A stretch of DNA of 47,729 nucleotides from Catajapyx aquilonaris (Eukaryota). Below are positions 11,701-24,601 of this stretch, piece after piece. How positions within the stretch are numbered: position 1 is the first letter of the stretch; every line of letters begins with the position of its first letter. The notes below the pieces were generated by a model. The model worked only from the letters and a program-made list of their open reading frames with translations, had not been told where the DNA came from and did no database searches. The translations under genes were made by a program, and so were the position numbers. The stretch lies in assembly GCA_000934665.2 (NCBI GenBank), contig JYFJ02002987.1, forward strand, positions 1 to 47,729, written 5' to 3'.

Positions 11701-14105
11701 AAGTACGGTATTTGTATTCAGTTAGCATGTTACCTCTTGTTCTTCCCTCTCTGCCTGAGCCATTGCTTCCCTTTTCTTCTTCTCCTGCCACTCTTGCTGA
11801 GCTATTCTTTCCCTCTCCTCCCATTTTTCCCTCTCCTTCTGTAGCAGCAGCTCTTCTTGCTCTGCAGCAAATGCTTCCATCTGCTCCTGTTCTGCCAGCC
11901 AACGCTGATAGCGTGGAGACTTTTGCCTCGCTTCTTCCTCTGTAACAATTGCATGTTTCTTGTATGAGCCTCATCTTACATGCAGGTGCAAACATACAAA
12001 AGTGCTTCTAAGACCTGGTAATGCAAGTCTTTTGCCACAAAATCCTTTCTTTTCCTCAACGCTAACGAGGTGCTTCACCTCGCCATGAAAATGAGCTTTC
12101 TGCTACAACAATGTGTGAGATATGCTTTTCACTTATTCATGCAAAAAGCTGCAAGCTTGAACATTATCACTTGCAAAACCACTGCAACTCCCAATTTTGA
12201 TCACAGTGAAAGTTCTCTTTCCTTTTTCCCCACCCCCTCCTCCTTCCACCCACAATCCCCTCATATTGAAAATAATGCCCCATGCTCACCTTCGGCTTCT
12301 TTTTTATCCCGGACTTTGGCTGCCTCTTGCCTCTTCTTTTTCCGTCGTGCTTTTTTTGCCGCGGCTCGCCATTTTTTATGGCTGAAACACAAAATTATCA
12401 TGGTACATTTTCCTGCCACACAAACTTGCAAGGGTTAAAATTAACTATAACATATTAGATAATTCCTTATCATGTTGTGCAATGCATACATAATACTGGA
12501 ATACAAAAAATTGACAACTGATCAAGACAAAATATCGTGTGTTCCAAGTATTGAGGTCCTTTTAGTAATCGCAAACCTAGAAATAATAAAGGACCACAAT
12601 GCTTGGAATACACTGTATAAGACAGCTACTTTAGGTTTAGGGTATGGCCACCGAGAAATTTAAAGCATGACAAATTCACCTATTGGCATTCAATAATGAA
12701 AGTGTGACTGACTCAAATCCAAGAATATGAAAAATTCCAAGTAAACAGTCAGGAAACTTTTTCCCCCACCCGAATTTAAGCTGTTCAGTATTGCCTTGGG
12801 AAGGAGATGAGTAGTCCTAAAGTCATCACATCATTAACTCATTCTTTGCGAAGCCTTGGCCAACCCAATAAGGTGGTGTTCGTAAAAGACATTATGGTAT
12901 TAACCTTTTCCCAACTCCTTGGAATCAGGCTATAAATACAATATTGAGTCACTTTAGGCTTACTAACATGATCCTTGACTCTTTAACATGCAATAAGGTG
13001 GAACTTGATGCCAGAATTGTGATTGCTTACTACTTGGTGACATCATATTCTCATAGCATCCAGGAAGAAATTATCTTACAGAACTGCCCATTTAAAGACA
13101 AATTGACTGAATTTCCATGGAACAAAAAGCATGACCTCACTTAATGTTATCCAACAATAGCCAGAAGAATTGAGCAAAAATAAATATCAACGATTTTGAA
13201 ATAGTAACTCCAAGAATACAAAAATAAGACAATGGAAGTAATTTGCTCCTACAACTCAGTTTCCAACCCCTTAATAACATCTGGTAGTAAAAGGTCTAAT
13301 GGCTCTTCAGCACGTCAGCAAAGTGAAATCAAGGAACAATTGTTATAGTAACAGTATCTCTCTGCACAGATCATGAAAAACAATGGCAGCAACGTCATAA
13401 TTTCTCACTAAGGGAACACTGTGGTATTTAAGCTCACTATGCGCTCAACTGACATTACAATGTAAAATAATTATAGAGGACCTGAAAGTGTATGCCATCA
13501 CCTATTAATTAAATGGCATCATATGCACCTCAGCAATTTGCAGGTCATGGCAAATCATAAATCAACCAAAACAGATCATAATACAGTATAATAGCCTCGG
13601 CTATGACAGACTTTTGGTTATAACAGACTCAAAAGGCCAGTCCCGGCATACTTCCATAAGGCTGTGTATTTGGCTATAACATACTTTTTTCTGTGGTTCC
13701 TTGAAGTCTGTTATATTCAGACTCAACTGTATTTAACACATGGCCCACAAAGAATATTTAAGTTTCCCAATGTTCTTAGCATTACAGCTATGGCTCCAGT
13801 GGCTATGCCTTGGTCAAGACAATATCTTGCCCAGAAAACATTCAGCAAGCTCCTACCCCATTTACAGTGACCCTAAAATGAAATAATCCCCTCGCTAATC
13901 CCTCGTAACACATCCACGCAACCTTTAATCCGTTTCCCTACCCACAAATGCCGCATTTGCTCCAACATGCAACACCGTCACCAGGAAAAGAAGGTCTCGC
14001 AGATTCAGAAAAAGCGATCCAGATCGTGTGAGAACCTCTAGTTTCCATAGGAAAAGGAACAAACCTCAGCTTCGGAACGTCTCCCACGATTGAAACAGAC
14101 GCCAT
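8751..14105 (-). CDS. ZRSR2: U2AF35-related protein ZRSR2/Urp (CCCH-UHM-CCCH-RS splicing factor), ~449 aa, 10 coding exons
   Basis: Exons (minus) 14105-14065, 12381-12290, 11939-11734, 11337-11242, 10883-10845, 10784-10672, 10605-10462, 9690-9464, 9214-8986, 8913-8751. N-terminal SHKKWRAAAKKARRKKKRQE plus E/K/R coiled coil; ZnF1 CPFFKKTGACRFRDNCSRNH; UHM EFYED..CNAEPHLRGNVYVEY..FNGRWYAGRQL; ZnF2 AICGLFFRKRCPKGRSCNFLH; RS tail. Confidence 0.93.
13584..13729. mobile_element. Degraded Tc1/mariner-pogo-like MITE in ZRSR2 intron 1
   Basis: TA-CAGT...ACTG-TA termini with repeated internal (G/T)(C/T)TATAACA-like motifs and an inverted TCTGTTATA near the right end. Confidence 0.45.
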
Positions 14106-14125
14106 CTTGAATTATGTTCGGAAAC

Positions 14126-14145
14126 AATATCGATATATCGATATT
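14126..14145. promoter_or_regulatory. Tandem DRE elements (TATCGATA x2) immediately upstream of ZRSR2
   Basis: TATCGATATATCGATA at 14128-14143 inside a perfect 20-bp palindrome AATATCGATATATCGATATT, 21-40 bp upstream of the ATG. The DRE is the DREF-bound housekeeping promoter element known from Drosophila. Confidence 0.7.
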
Positions 14146-17100
14146 CCGATACAGTATCGGAGGCGCCGGATTTAAAAATGTCTAAAAGTTGGTTGGGCAC
14201 GTTGTACACGATGGGCACCAACTTTTTATCGTGCAGTAAACCAACCAGGCTTGTAAAGATTGAACCTACGACCTTATAGGGAGAGGAACATGTATTTTTT
14301 TTTTCTCTCCGTGTGCCAAGGAACCTTCCACTAGCTCGGGCCAAAAACGAAGACAGAGAAAATAATGGCCTTGGAAGAAGCTCCACTCCCCCGGGGCCAA
14401 TCCAACTTTCCCTCACGTTTTCACATACACCTTACACACCAGCCCTCCACCTTCACTCCTTTTTTTTTCTCCCAATAATAGCAGGCTTCTTCCAGAGGCG
14501 CATACTTTTGAGAGAAAAATTGGCTAGAGAACTTCCGCATTTCCGCGTGGTTATTCAAAGGAGTTCCTAGGGAGAAAGTTTAAAATTGCGATGAAAAATC
14601 GTACGCAAAGTGACACACAATTTTTGGAAGGGGAGAGAGAGAGAAAAAAATGGATCGCTAGTGGCTTTCAAAGCCATGTCTGACTCATATGAATCGGTGC
14701 GACATTAAATCTATGGGTTAAGGAAACATGCAGTGTACATCATTACAAAAAAGGACACAATAAAGGCACGATTTCACGCACGCTCACTCTGAATGACGGT
14801 CCACTTTTCTACTCCCACCTTACTCATTACAGCAGAAAAGTAGTCAGAATCATGCTCAGCACGACAATTACAGCACGTATTTCAAATTAATTGGTGAGGA
14901 AACTGGCTTTTGCAGAGCGAGAGTCATGACTGAAGATTGCTGTCACAGTCAGGAGTGTATATGCAGATAATTCTTGGGGTCGACCCCTAGTAATGCAAAT
15001 ATCACCACATTTTCAGCAACCCTATATATGTGTGTCCTTGTTTTTGGCACTGATGACGCCAGTTTTGTGGTTCCTGCTTGATCAAGTTTGATGTGACGCA
15101 CGTCCGTAATGCGCTCGGTTGAGTATACAGTATGTTTTTGACGCATTTCGCATAATAAAACGCTAGCTGTTTTTTTAGACGGATAAAACCTGCTGCTGTA
15201 GGCCATTGGAAGTAAGCAGGCCAGCAGAGTCACACTTGCATGCATACATACATAATGTAAAAGAGGGTGAGGGGCACGTGCTGCTGGAGGCAATCCGGCA
15301 CACCAACAGGCGAAAGATGGTCGAGAGGGAAAGCCATTGTAGGTCTTGGCCCCATGAAACAACAATCAGACATAAGCATATATTCCGTTTTTATAACCCA
15401 TGTTGTACAGCATAATCAACGGAAGGAAGGAAATAAAGAGGGCAGTGGCCGAAGATGCTTGGCAACAGCTTTCGCGTGGTCAAAATCTTGCTTCTTATGG
15501 TGCTACTGGCTTGCAGAGAAAGATCAGAGAGATGTGGTGACCTTAGCCAGCTCTCTCTTTCTTAATTCCCGTGCCCTTAAGAATCCTGAATTATTAGCCC
15601 AGGAATGCAGGATTCCCATCCCACGCACATACACATTCACACACCACTGCAGGCACCTTTCTTCCGGTTCCCAAGAATAGTATTGTACATGGTAAAAGTA
15701 TAACGCGCTACTGGTGACACTATTACGTGAGATTCATATTGATATGTGCCTCTATATGGAAAGTTGTGTGAGCAAAAAATTTGTTTATAACAAACACGCA
15801 GGTTCAAATTGTTCTGGTCATGTTCCCTTCTCTTGTCTCCAAAGTTCAACCCCGAAAATCCCGGTGCACCTGAGAAGCCAGCGCAACTTCTGTGACCGAG
15901 ACGAAACCCCTGGTAATTCAACGACCGGGTATGAAAAGATGCAAATCAGTGCGCAACAAACCTCACTGCCTCTCGCACTGCCTTGACCTAACCGCAAGCC
16001 TTGTCCCATTCAACCAGAAGTGTTAAGAGGCCCCCATTGGCGCTCCTAATTCTGTTACTAAACTTGGGTCGACTGTTTGAATGCAACACGAAGCAACAGT
16101 GGATCCGGATGATGATGCTTCACACACCGTGATGCGTGTCTTACCCAACTTCCTTTTTTTTAATTTTTTTAAAATTTTATTCTTGTAATATCCACCCAGC
16201 ATACTTCACCTATGAAAAAAGTCAAGGGCCTTTTTGTATTTTTCGGCGAGTCATTCCGTAGGGTGCAATATACGATGGAAGAAAAAGTTCTTTGCCCTGA
16301 GGACATGAGTGAACCACCAGGGAAAATGTCGTGACCCTGTCATGAGGGGTCGGTACTAATACACCTCGATCGAGGGCATGACTTTCCGGTTCTTCGTTTT
16401 CTTCGAGAAGAGATTGTTCCAGCAGTGCGGTCCATTGCAATGACTGCAGCCATACCGAGAGAAAAAAAAAGTCACGCTGGATGCAGGGACATAACTCTTG
16501 AACTTATCATCTAAACACGCAACAGTGCTCTGACAATAATCATTTTTATGGCCATGTATTCTCGACAAAAGTTATTTTTTGTCGCCTCTGCTGGAGCCGA
16601 CCTTGGACTGAATAATTACATTTTTGTTCAGGTTGGTAGTGACAATGGACGTAGTGTTGCTGCGTGGAAAACGAATTCACTTTTGGATGTTGATGTATAA
16701 TCTGCCGTCATCTCGGGAACCCCCTTTCAACCGTGGAGAAGGGAAAGTAAAAAAAAAAATAATGACACTGATTTATGCGTTAATTCATCCCCAATAGGAT
16801 TCAGGTATCTTTATGAGTGAATCTCATTGAAAAAAAAAGTAGGTTCGATTTTCCCAGTATTGTTACACGACGTAACGGAATGAGTCACTTTCACTTCAAG
16901 TTCAATGGGACGTTAAAGATGCCCCTGTCCCATACCTGTCCCTTTTACTTCTACGCCGATGCGAAAACTCGGCCAGTTCCCTACACAGGTACCTAATATG
17001 GAGGCATGAGTGACGGCTGTGCTACCGTGCTTCAACTATCAGTAAACACAAATCCATTCCGCGTATTCATTTATCGTTTGAGAAAGTGAACATGTGTAAA

Positions 17101-18707
17101 CAGTCACCCAGCATGAGTTATCTGTGTAAAAACGATTGTTGAAAAGTACAGCAGTCAAATAGCAATAAAATCTAAAAAACAATGTAAAGTGAAGAAATGC
17201 ATTGGAAAGCAACAATCAGAACCACATTCATGTTTCTTTTGAAACAATACTCTTGAACTGGTTACTGGTGCCCCAACCTGTAAGCTTTTTGTTTCAGCAA
17301 AGATGCGCCACCCCGTTACTTTGACTTACCCCTTGCCGAGAATTCTGGTTGACAGTCCTATACTGTCGATGAGCAGGTTTGGTCACCTCGTGGCATGACA
17401 TTAGATCCTGCTTTCCAGCAGGGTAAGTGGGCATCCCACAGGAGTTGCTGCACTGCCAAGGTTTTCACTCGAGTTGACTCTTACTACTTTCCCTGCCGCT
17501 TCAACGAGTCATTTTCATTGTGATGTATACATTCCGGACTATAGGGGGAGATATAACGTGCCTAACAAGAACTTGGAATGGGAGTGTTGTTGCGTAATCC
17601 TTGCGGCCAAGCAGCACTGTTGTCCTACAACACTGCATATTTTTCGTTTCCAGTGAAACTTTTTTTTTTGTCCGCATGAGCAGTGACCACATGCAGTTCC
17701 ATCCGGCAATGGGGTCACCGACATAAAATACAGTATTTTTCTTGCATAATAATTATAAAATAATTCTTTCATTGGAGCATTGCAAAACTTAAGTAAGACA
17801 AAAGGATGCTTTCCAGGAAATCGAGATATCTCCTTCTTTTCCTCATCTGAATGCGGACCATGTTTTTCAGAGTTACAATAATAAGGCCCATTGAAGAACT
17901 GAAATGCAAAACGATCAGAAGTTTGAATATTGACCTGATACCACCGACCCTAATTCTCCATTCAGACTCCTGGTCTAATTTTAATCCGCATTTTTAAAGA
18001 TATGGTTTTGAGCATGACCTCCTCTGCGTGTGCCGTTGTGTTTAATAGAGTGGGTCTGCAATAATGGCATAAAAATTCTCAAGTGCACTATTCATTTCCG
18101 TTAATAATAACGGCCAAAGTAGGTGAGGAGCGGTTTTTCCCGGATTTTCAATTAAGCCACGTTTCATTGTAAACCCAACAATAAGGGTCATTTTCTAAGA
18201 GATCTGCTCAAAATCTGTCAGTATCCCTCCAAATAGCAACAATGTCTCAAGTTCCAGCGAAAGTGCTATAATACAAGTCAGGGGGGTAAAAATGGCTGCC
18301 AATGCGGTGACCAAGCTTAGTCCGAGGCGCGTGCGAGAGGCGGAACCTACCCATCTGGAAGCAACCAGTTTCCGGAGGTCTCCTTTGGGGGTTGGGAGAT
18401 ATAATGACGGTATATATAAGGAAGGAGCGGCCAAAAGGAGGGCCAAAAGCAGGTTTCGGGGTTACGAGAGAGAAAGATAAGTGAGTGGGATGTGTGTTGG
18501 AGTTTTTTGAAAGGTAGAGGTGGTGATTGGGTGGGGTGGGGAGGATCAAGGGAAGAGGAAGTCCTCCTTGCTCCCTGCAGCGTCCGAGAGGTGCTATTTC
18601 CAGGCGCCAAGGACTGCTGCCTGCTAAGAGGTCACGGACACCAACTGCTTGGGGAGTGGATCATACGAGATTTTTCATAACTCAAATTTTCATAGGCTCG
18701 AGTAAGT

Positions 18708-18727
18708 GAGAGAGAGAGAGAGAGAGA
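18708..18727. repeat. (GA)n microsatellite
   Basis: About 10 GA units. Confidence 0.8.
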
Positions 18728-21700
18728 AGCCTTGGAGAGACTAGCGATTTTATGACCTTTCATGGGAGGGTGCTAAATGCGTCCTAGATGTCTGAAGTGC
18801 ATAAAGAACCTATGTCCATCTGGCCTGGAATTTTTTTTTATTTTGGCCGATGAGACTATTGTTATAGGTAAGGCGGATTCTTGGGAGAGGTGTGGTGTAT
18901 AGGAGGGCATCGTTCTGGATCAAAAAGTGTTAGAACTGTGGGAAACCGTTTACAAGGCCGACGGAATTCCCAAAGCTTGGCCTCATTTGACCCTCTGGAA
19001 GCTGTAATACCAAGGATCCACTTATTATGGAAATGATCTTCGTAATAACATAGAGAAGGTTTGAGAATCGGCGAATTATGACTATAGTAAGAGGATCCTT
19101 TCCTTATACATAAGGAGTGCGGACCATCATTAACACCCATCTTCCTACACATGCCAAAGGCCAAAGTAATGTTTTAAAAAGTGTTTCAAATTTGCCCATT
19201 GCCCTAAATTACTAATAGGTCATATTCTGTTTTCATTTTGTACTGTACAATATGCGATATTTTGTTTGTATATATTGCTCATATCAGTGGTGGAAAATCT
19301 AGGGAGAACTAAAAGTAAAAGGCATTTTGCGCATGTTGCAGGCACATTGTCATATAAAAAATTCTTGACGGCCATCTTTATCATTTACCATGACGAAAGC
19401 GCGCAATTTGCGCGTCCTGGTATTTCACAGGCCTTATTACCCATATCAGGTACCATTATCAGGTTTTAGCCGCTTTTGCCCCCTCCACTTACAGGTTAGT
19501 CCAGGCAGAATAAGTAAGAGATGACTCCAGAAGTGTGGATGCGTAAAGATGTAATAAGTACACGTGCTGCATAATGGAACAAGATGTCCCTCATCATATG
19601 GTCGAAGCTACATTATTACGTAATCCGCATTTTCAGATGGAGCTCACCCTGACCGAATGATCGGTTGACCACTGCCCCTCACGATGACCCAAATGCTGCA
19701 CGGGTGCATGCCACACGAGTCACTTGCATGCTCCAAGACTTCAAAGGAGGCGAAGATGCTGGCGACCCTCACCAACATTTGCTTCAAAAAGAGGTCTTCC
19801 AGATGAAAGTGGTGTGAAGGTCTGCTATTGCATCCTCACATAATGGACCACCCTTTAGGGGAGAACGGTCTTCTCAAAGAAGGACGTGAATAGGTCTTGG
19901 CAACAAGTAATCGATGTTACCTCAGCCCCTCCTTTGGGCATCAATTTGGTGCCGATAAAATGTTGCAATGTAATTATGACGCAATATTTTGGGACGTTGT
20001 GCCACTGGCTGTGAATACTATCATTTGTCATTACCATATGCTATTATTCACTTACATTGTTCCTTATAATGCCGAAGACATGCAGAAACTTGCCTCACGT
20101 AATTGCAACGACTGCGTGACTTTTCGTAACCGACATGCAGTATCTTGAATGCCATACTACTTTTTTTTACGAGGCACTAGTTTTTTGTCGGTTCTCAGCA
20201 TTTCATTTAAGTTTTTTTTATCAACTGATGATTACTGATGTGCACGTGGGGGAACTGTAGTACTCCAGGCTATAAAAGAAAGTGAAGCGGTTGTCTAATA
20301 AAGATTCCCAAAGAAGGAAAGTGATGGAATGGTAAGGACGACTTGCTCCAGAATCCAGCTCATTCAGAGTCTGGAGTCTGGTGTTAGGACCGGATCTTAA
20401 CTGGAAGAAAACCAGCTTTCACGCTGCAAATCATGTTTCCAAAAACTCTCATCGCCCCGTATTCTTCCTCTCTTATCCTGTTTATACAAGTAGGCCTACT
20501 GTACTTACTTTTTTTCGTATCTGCGAATATATTGTTGGTTCTTTTGGATCATCCATTGCATGTGCCCTGTGGGGCCATCCACTTTCCCCGTTTCATTCTT
20601 GACCATACTGTACGTGCTGCCTACACACAGCACGATTCGTCTTCCAATTTGCCAATACCCTACACATATATTGACCTCTAGCAGTCTGGTTTACTAACCA
20701 TTTTAGGGGTAATCTAGTTGGAAAAAAAGCGAGAGTTTCATTATTCCACCATCACGTTTGCTAAGGCCTCGTTATGCATCCATCAAAGTGGAGGAGGACA
20801 CCAAGTCAGAATAAAATCACGAGTACCATCGGGGTCAAGAGGTATAATAATTATGTCGACAGCAGCCTCCGTTCACCGGATGGCCCAATAGATGATCACT
20901 AAGAATTTATTGCTTCATACAACGGACATATTCGAGTTTATCCTCCTTGCAATCGCAGAAATATATCGTGAGAACAAGCCCCCCTCACATCTAAGCAGGC
21001 TTTTCCTGGGCCCTAGTTCTCACAGGCGGAAAGATCGACCTCGGTACTGTCTCTCGGTACCGGTATGCCAAGTATGATGGGAATACACCATCATCAAGTT
21101 CCCACCTCTGCAACTTTCAACCTTTTATTGCTCCAGTCTTACCTGCAATCCCTGATCGTAATCTATACTTCCAGTGACTGTTGCTCAGTCATTGTTGGCT
21201 GTTGTTTCTGACTTATGTGTCCGCCCACCTCTCAATACGATGATGAGTAACATCGGTCCATCAAGGACTGCTAGGCAGCACCCTCGGACAGTGTCTCCTT
21301 CATAGTCCACCCGCTCAGTGCAGGGCCATCCTCTCCTCCTTCTTAATCGTCCTCATCCTTTCCAGACCACCCCCTCTATACCACCACCTCCTCTACCACC
21401 ACCACTTCTTTCAGAAGTAGGTTGTGGAAGTAGGTCAACGTCGCCCCTAAATACGCTGGACCCCCGCCCCGCCGCGTAATCTACCATCGAGAGGCGCCCG
21501 GAGTACATCTCACTCAGGTGAGGAAGAGGAACAGTCATCCGGGTAGTGCCACATTTGGTTGGAAAAGAAAAGAAAAAAAAACAGAATTTCGCTTTTCACA
21601 ACCGACAGCCCTCCACTTTCCCTGCCGGTAGTGCCATAGTGTCGTTGTTAAGACGAGGGTCGTCGGTACCATTGGTGATATATTGGAAATTGGCCTTGAA

Positions 21701-21769
21701 CTGACAGTGACTTGGACGCAGGGATACCAAAGGAGCTGATTTTGATTTTGTTTTTCTCTCGTAGGAAAT

Positions 21770-23031
21770 ATGTTACGAGTGCTAGTGTTGTTGGTGGCAA
21801 GCGCTACATTGGCGTTGGCCCAGAGGCGATTGGCCCTACCTGACCCCAGATCGTGTGCTAACCGTAAGTACAAGTTAAATCAACATTAGAGGAGGTTGTG
21901 TTAGTAAGGAAAATCAGATGCGTGACTGTATCAACAACACGCCTTATAATTATCACATAATTTTAGAGATAAGTACATCCAATTTTTTTTTTCAAAAATA
22001 GCCGAAGGTCAGTACCCGTAAAACAAAACCGGGATATGACGTCAGAAATATGCAGGAGAAATTAGCATAAGGAGACTATTATCACTAGGAAAAAGTGCAA
22101 TATTTTCAGGTGTGCGCCATGAAACATGGCGTGACCCTCGAGGGGTGACCCACGGCTACTTCTACAGTTGGCAGCACAATCCAACCCGTAACCTGGAAGT
22201 GGACTGGCTGGACGCCCGTAACATTTGTCGTCGGCATTGTATGGACGCTGTCAGTATCGAGACGCCGGCAGAGAACAACCTTGTCAAGGACAGGATCTCT
22301 CAGGGTGAGTGTACCCTGACGCACGGAGCTGCGCAGCCCTGTGCCTCGCCGCGCCGCACAGGGCTGCGCGGTGACGCATGGAAATCTGACCACATTTTTT
22401 CTCCCAATTCAGGTCGTGTTCGATTCATTTGGACTTCCGGTCGTAAGTGTGACTTCGCTGGTTGCAACCGTGCTGATCTGAAGCCTGAGCTTATCAACGG
22501 CTGGTTCTGGTCCGGTTCAGGTGTTCGCATTGGTCCCACTAACAACCGCAACAATGGTGATTGGAGCCACACAGGAGGATCCGGTCGAGCCCAACCGGAC
22601 AACCGCGAAATCAACCAGGTAAGGAACACAACAAGAATCCGGGGCGTTTGTGGGGCGCCACCTCTTCCTTCGGCCCATCAAGGCCAAATTTCTCTTCCAC
22701 GCCCTGCCTATTTGCAAACAAGGAAACGAACCCATCAATGTACTGCATACCCCCCCTGGAGGCGTTTGTCTAACTGTTTCTTTTTGCAATTCACACCCGT
22801 GACATTATTATGCCATCCTTGAAAGAGGACATACCTGAGGAGGAACAGCCACTCATCTGGTCATATTTTCAGGGTAACAACGAATCCTGTCTGAGCGTCC
22901 TCAACAACTTTTACCAGGATGGTATCAGATGGCACGACGTAGCCTGCTATCATCGTAAGCCCTTTATCTGCGAGGACTCCGATGAACTCCTGAACTTCGT
23001 CCGTTCGCGCAACCCTGGTCTCCGAATCTAA
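21770..23031 (+). CDS. Secreted single-domain C-type lectin (QPD motif), ~217 aa, 4 coding exons
   Basis: Exons 21770-21863, 22110-22304, 22413-22618, 22873-23031. Signal peptide MLRVLVLLVASATLALA; motifs VDWLDARNICRRHCMDAVSIET, IWTSGRKCDF, GWFWSGS, QPDN and WHDVACYHRKPFICE. Probable non-coding exon ending at 21517 spliced to 21765; AATAAA at 23178-23183. Resembles the conserved insect CG4115/CG6055/schlaff-type lectins (inference). Confidence 0.93.
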
Positions 23032-23253
23032 ACGTTGTTGAGAGAGAATCGCGAGACTTCTTGCGCCATTAGCAAAACAACCACTGTTGCCACTCTTTGT
23101 AACATAGCTCATCGTTCGTTCCCCGAATTTTTCGCCTTGAATCGCCAAAATCCCATTTTTATGCACTGTATTTAAACAATAAAGAAAGAATATGCTCTTT
23201 GCCCATTGGGACACTCATTGTTTCACCAGCATTAAAGTGTTTGGAGGCGTATA

Positions 23254-23393
23254 CTCATCCAGGTCACTCGCAATCGACAAAGTCGATTGACGTCAAAATG
23301 TCGTCGCCAATGATGACCAGGACAGGGCGAGGAGAATTGGCGACGTCATTTTGACGTCAATCGACTTTGTCGATTGCGAGTGACCTGGATGAG
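23254..23393. mobile_element. Hairpin MITE just downstream of lectin 1
   Basis: Perfect ~50-bp inverted arms (23249-23300 vs 23347-23398), TA on both sides of the CTC...GAG ends. Confidence 0.8.
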
Positions 23394-24423
23394 TATACTC
23401 CTCTTGGAGCGACTACTAGCATTGAAGTCTCTGGAATGGCTGATAGCATTGAAGTCTTTGGAAGTCAACAAAATTATCAAGCAGGTAAGATGATAGGCTA
23501 GACTATGATAATGCAGTACACAAGGTCGTCTGCTGCAAATCGGGATATGACAAGCCCTCAACTTCCTTAGCCCAGATTTAGCATATTACGTTGACGAGGG
23601 CAGCATATATAGAGGCAATTTTGCTATTACGTATGTGAGGTTGTTTAGCAAAAATTATTCTGGTCGAGGGCGGTTTTGGTGGAGGGATGTTTACAGCTCG
23701 ACCTCCTCAAGGTCCCCGGAACCGGTGAAGAAGACCTCGAATGAAGGTCACGGGCATGTGATGAAAACTGAAAGGCCACAGGTCAGTTGACGAGGCGCTA
23801 AGGAGGCGTCAAATAGTTGACCAAAAGCGGGTCATGGCTCAAGATTTGCCGGTGAAGACAATGTGCACCAGTAATCTCTGCCCGAAAGCACTCCAGAAGA
23901 CATCCTTGGGGTCTCACTAGCCATTCAGATGCATCCTTCTGTCCAAGGCAGTCTAGTAGTGTCTATATAAGTCAGTCTGAAACCTAAACAAAGTACACTA
24001 AGGTTCGCAAGCACTCGGCCTCCCCGAGACACATAAAACCAATTACCGTGGATGATGGCCTTTTGATGTTGCGAAACTTCGTGACGATAATGATCTCACG
24101 AGTGGATCCGCCGCTGATGATCATCCACCATGTCTGCCTGCATCAACACTTGGTTCAGAAGGTTGTCTCGTCAGATATGCTAGGCCCTTATTTATATTTC
24201 TGGCAGGTAGTGAGGACAATGTACATTTGGTATGACCTAATCACGGTTCATCGATATTGGAAGCCTGAATGATTAATAGTTTGTATGTTACTCTTGACAT
24301 ATTAAGGTGATCTGTAGTAAATTATTAGGAAGTTACACAGGTCCGTGAGGATTACAGTGTGGACTATAGGCTGTGAACAACGAAAGCTAGAGGTGTATTA
24401 CACAGATTGATTCATTGCTCAAG

Positions 24424-24601
24424 GCCCTATAGTTACAGAGGAGAGCAGGAGTAAAAGTAATGAATTGTTTACCCCCAACAACCTGTTTTGAAGCCTGTTG
24501 GAAGCAGCATACTTCTTGTCATAACAATAGCGCCGCTTTAAATAGGTTGCTGGAGTGAACAGTTCATAACTTCTTCTCTTCTACTTTCCTGGACTGTGGG
24601 C
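24424..24601. repeat. Old degenerate inverted repeat, probable MITE relic
   Basis: 24459-24494 pairs imperfectly with 24535-24567, and the pairing extends outward with mismatches. Confidence 0.45.

Noticed and set aside
14949..16568. Several 60-138 aa ORFs upstream of ZRSR2
   Set aside because: No homology recognisable to me, atypical composition and no convincing exon chain
23417..23463. 20-bp direct repeat TAGCATTGAAGTCT(C/T)TGGAA x2
   Set aside because: Simple local duplication with no further structure
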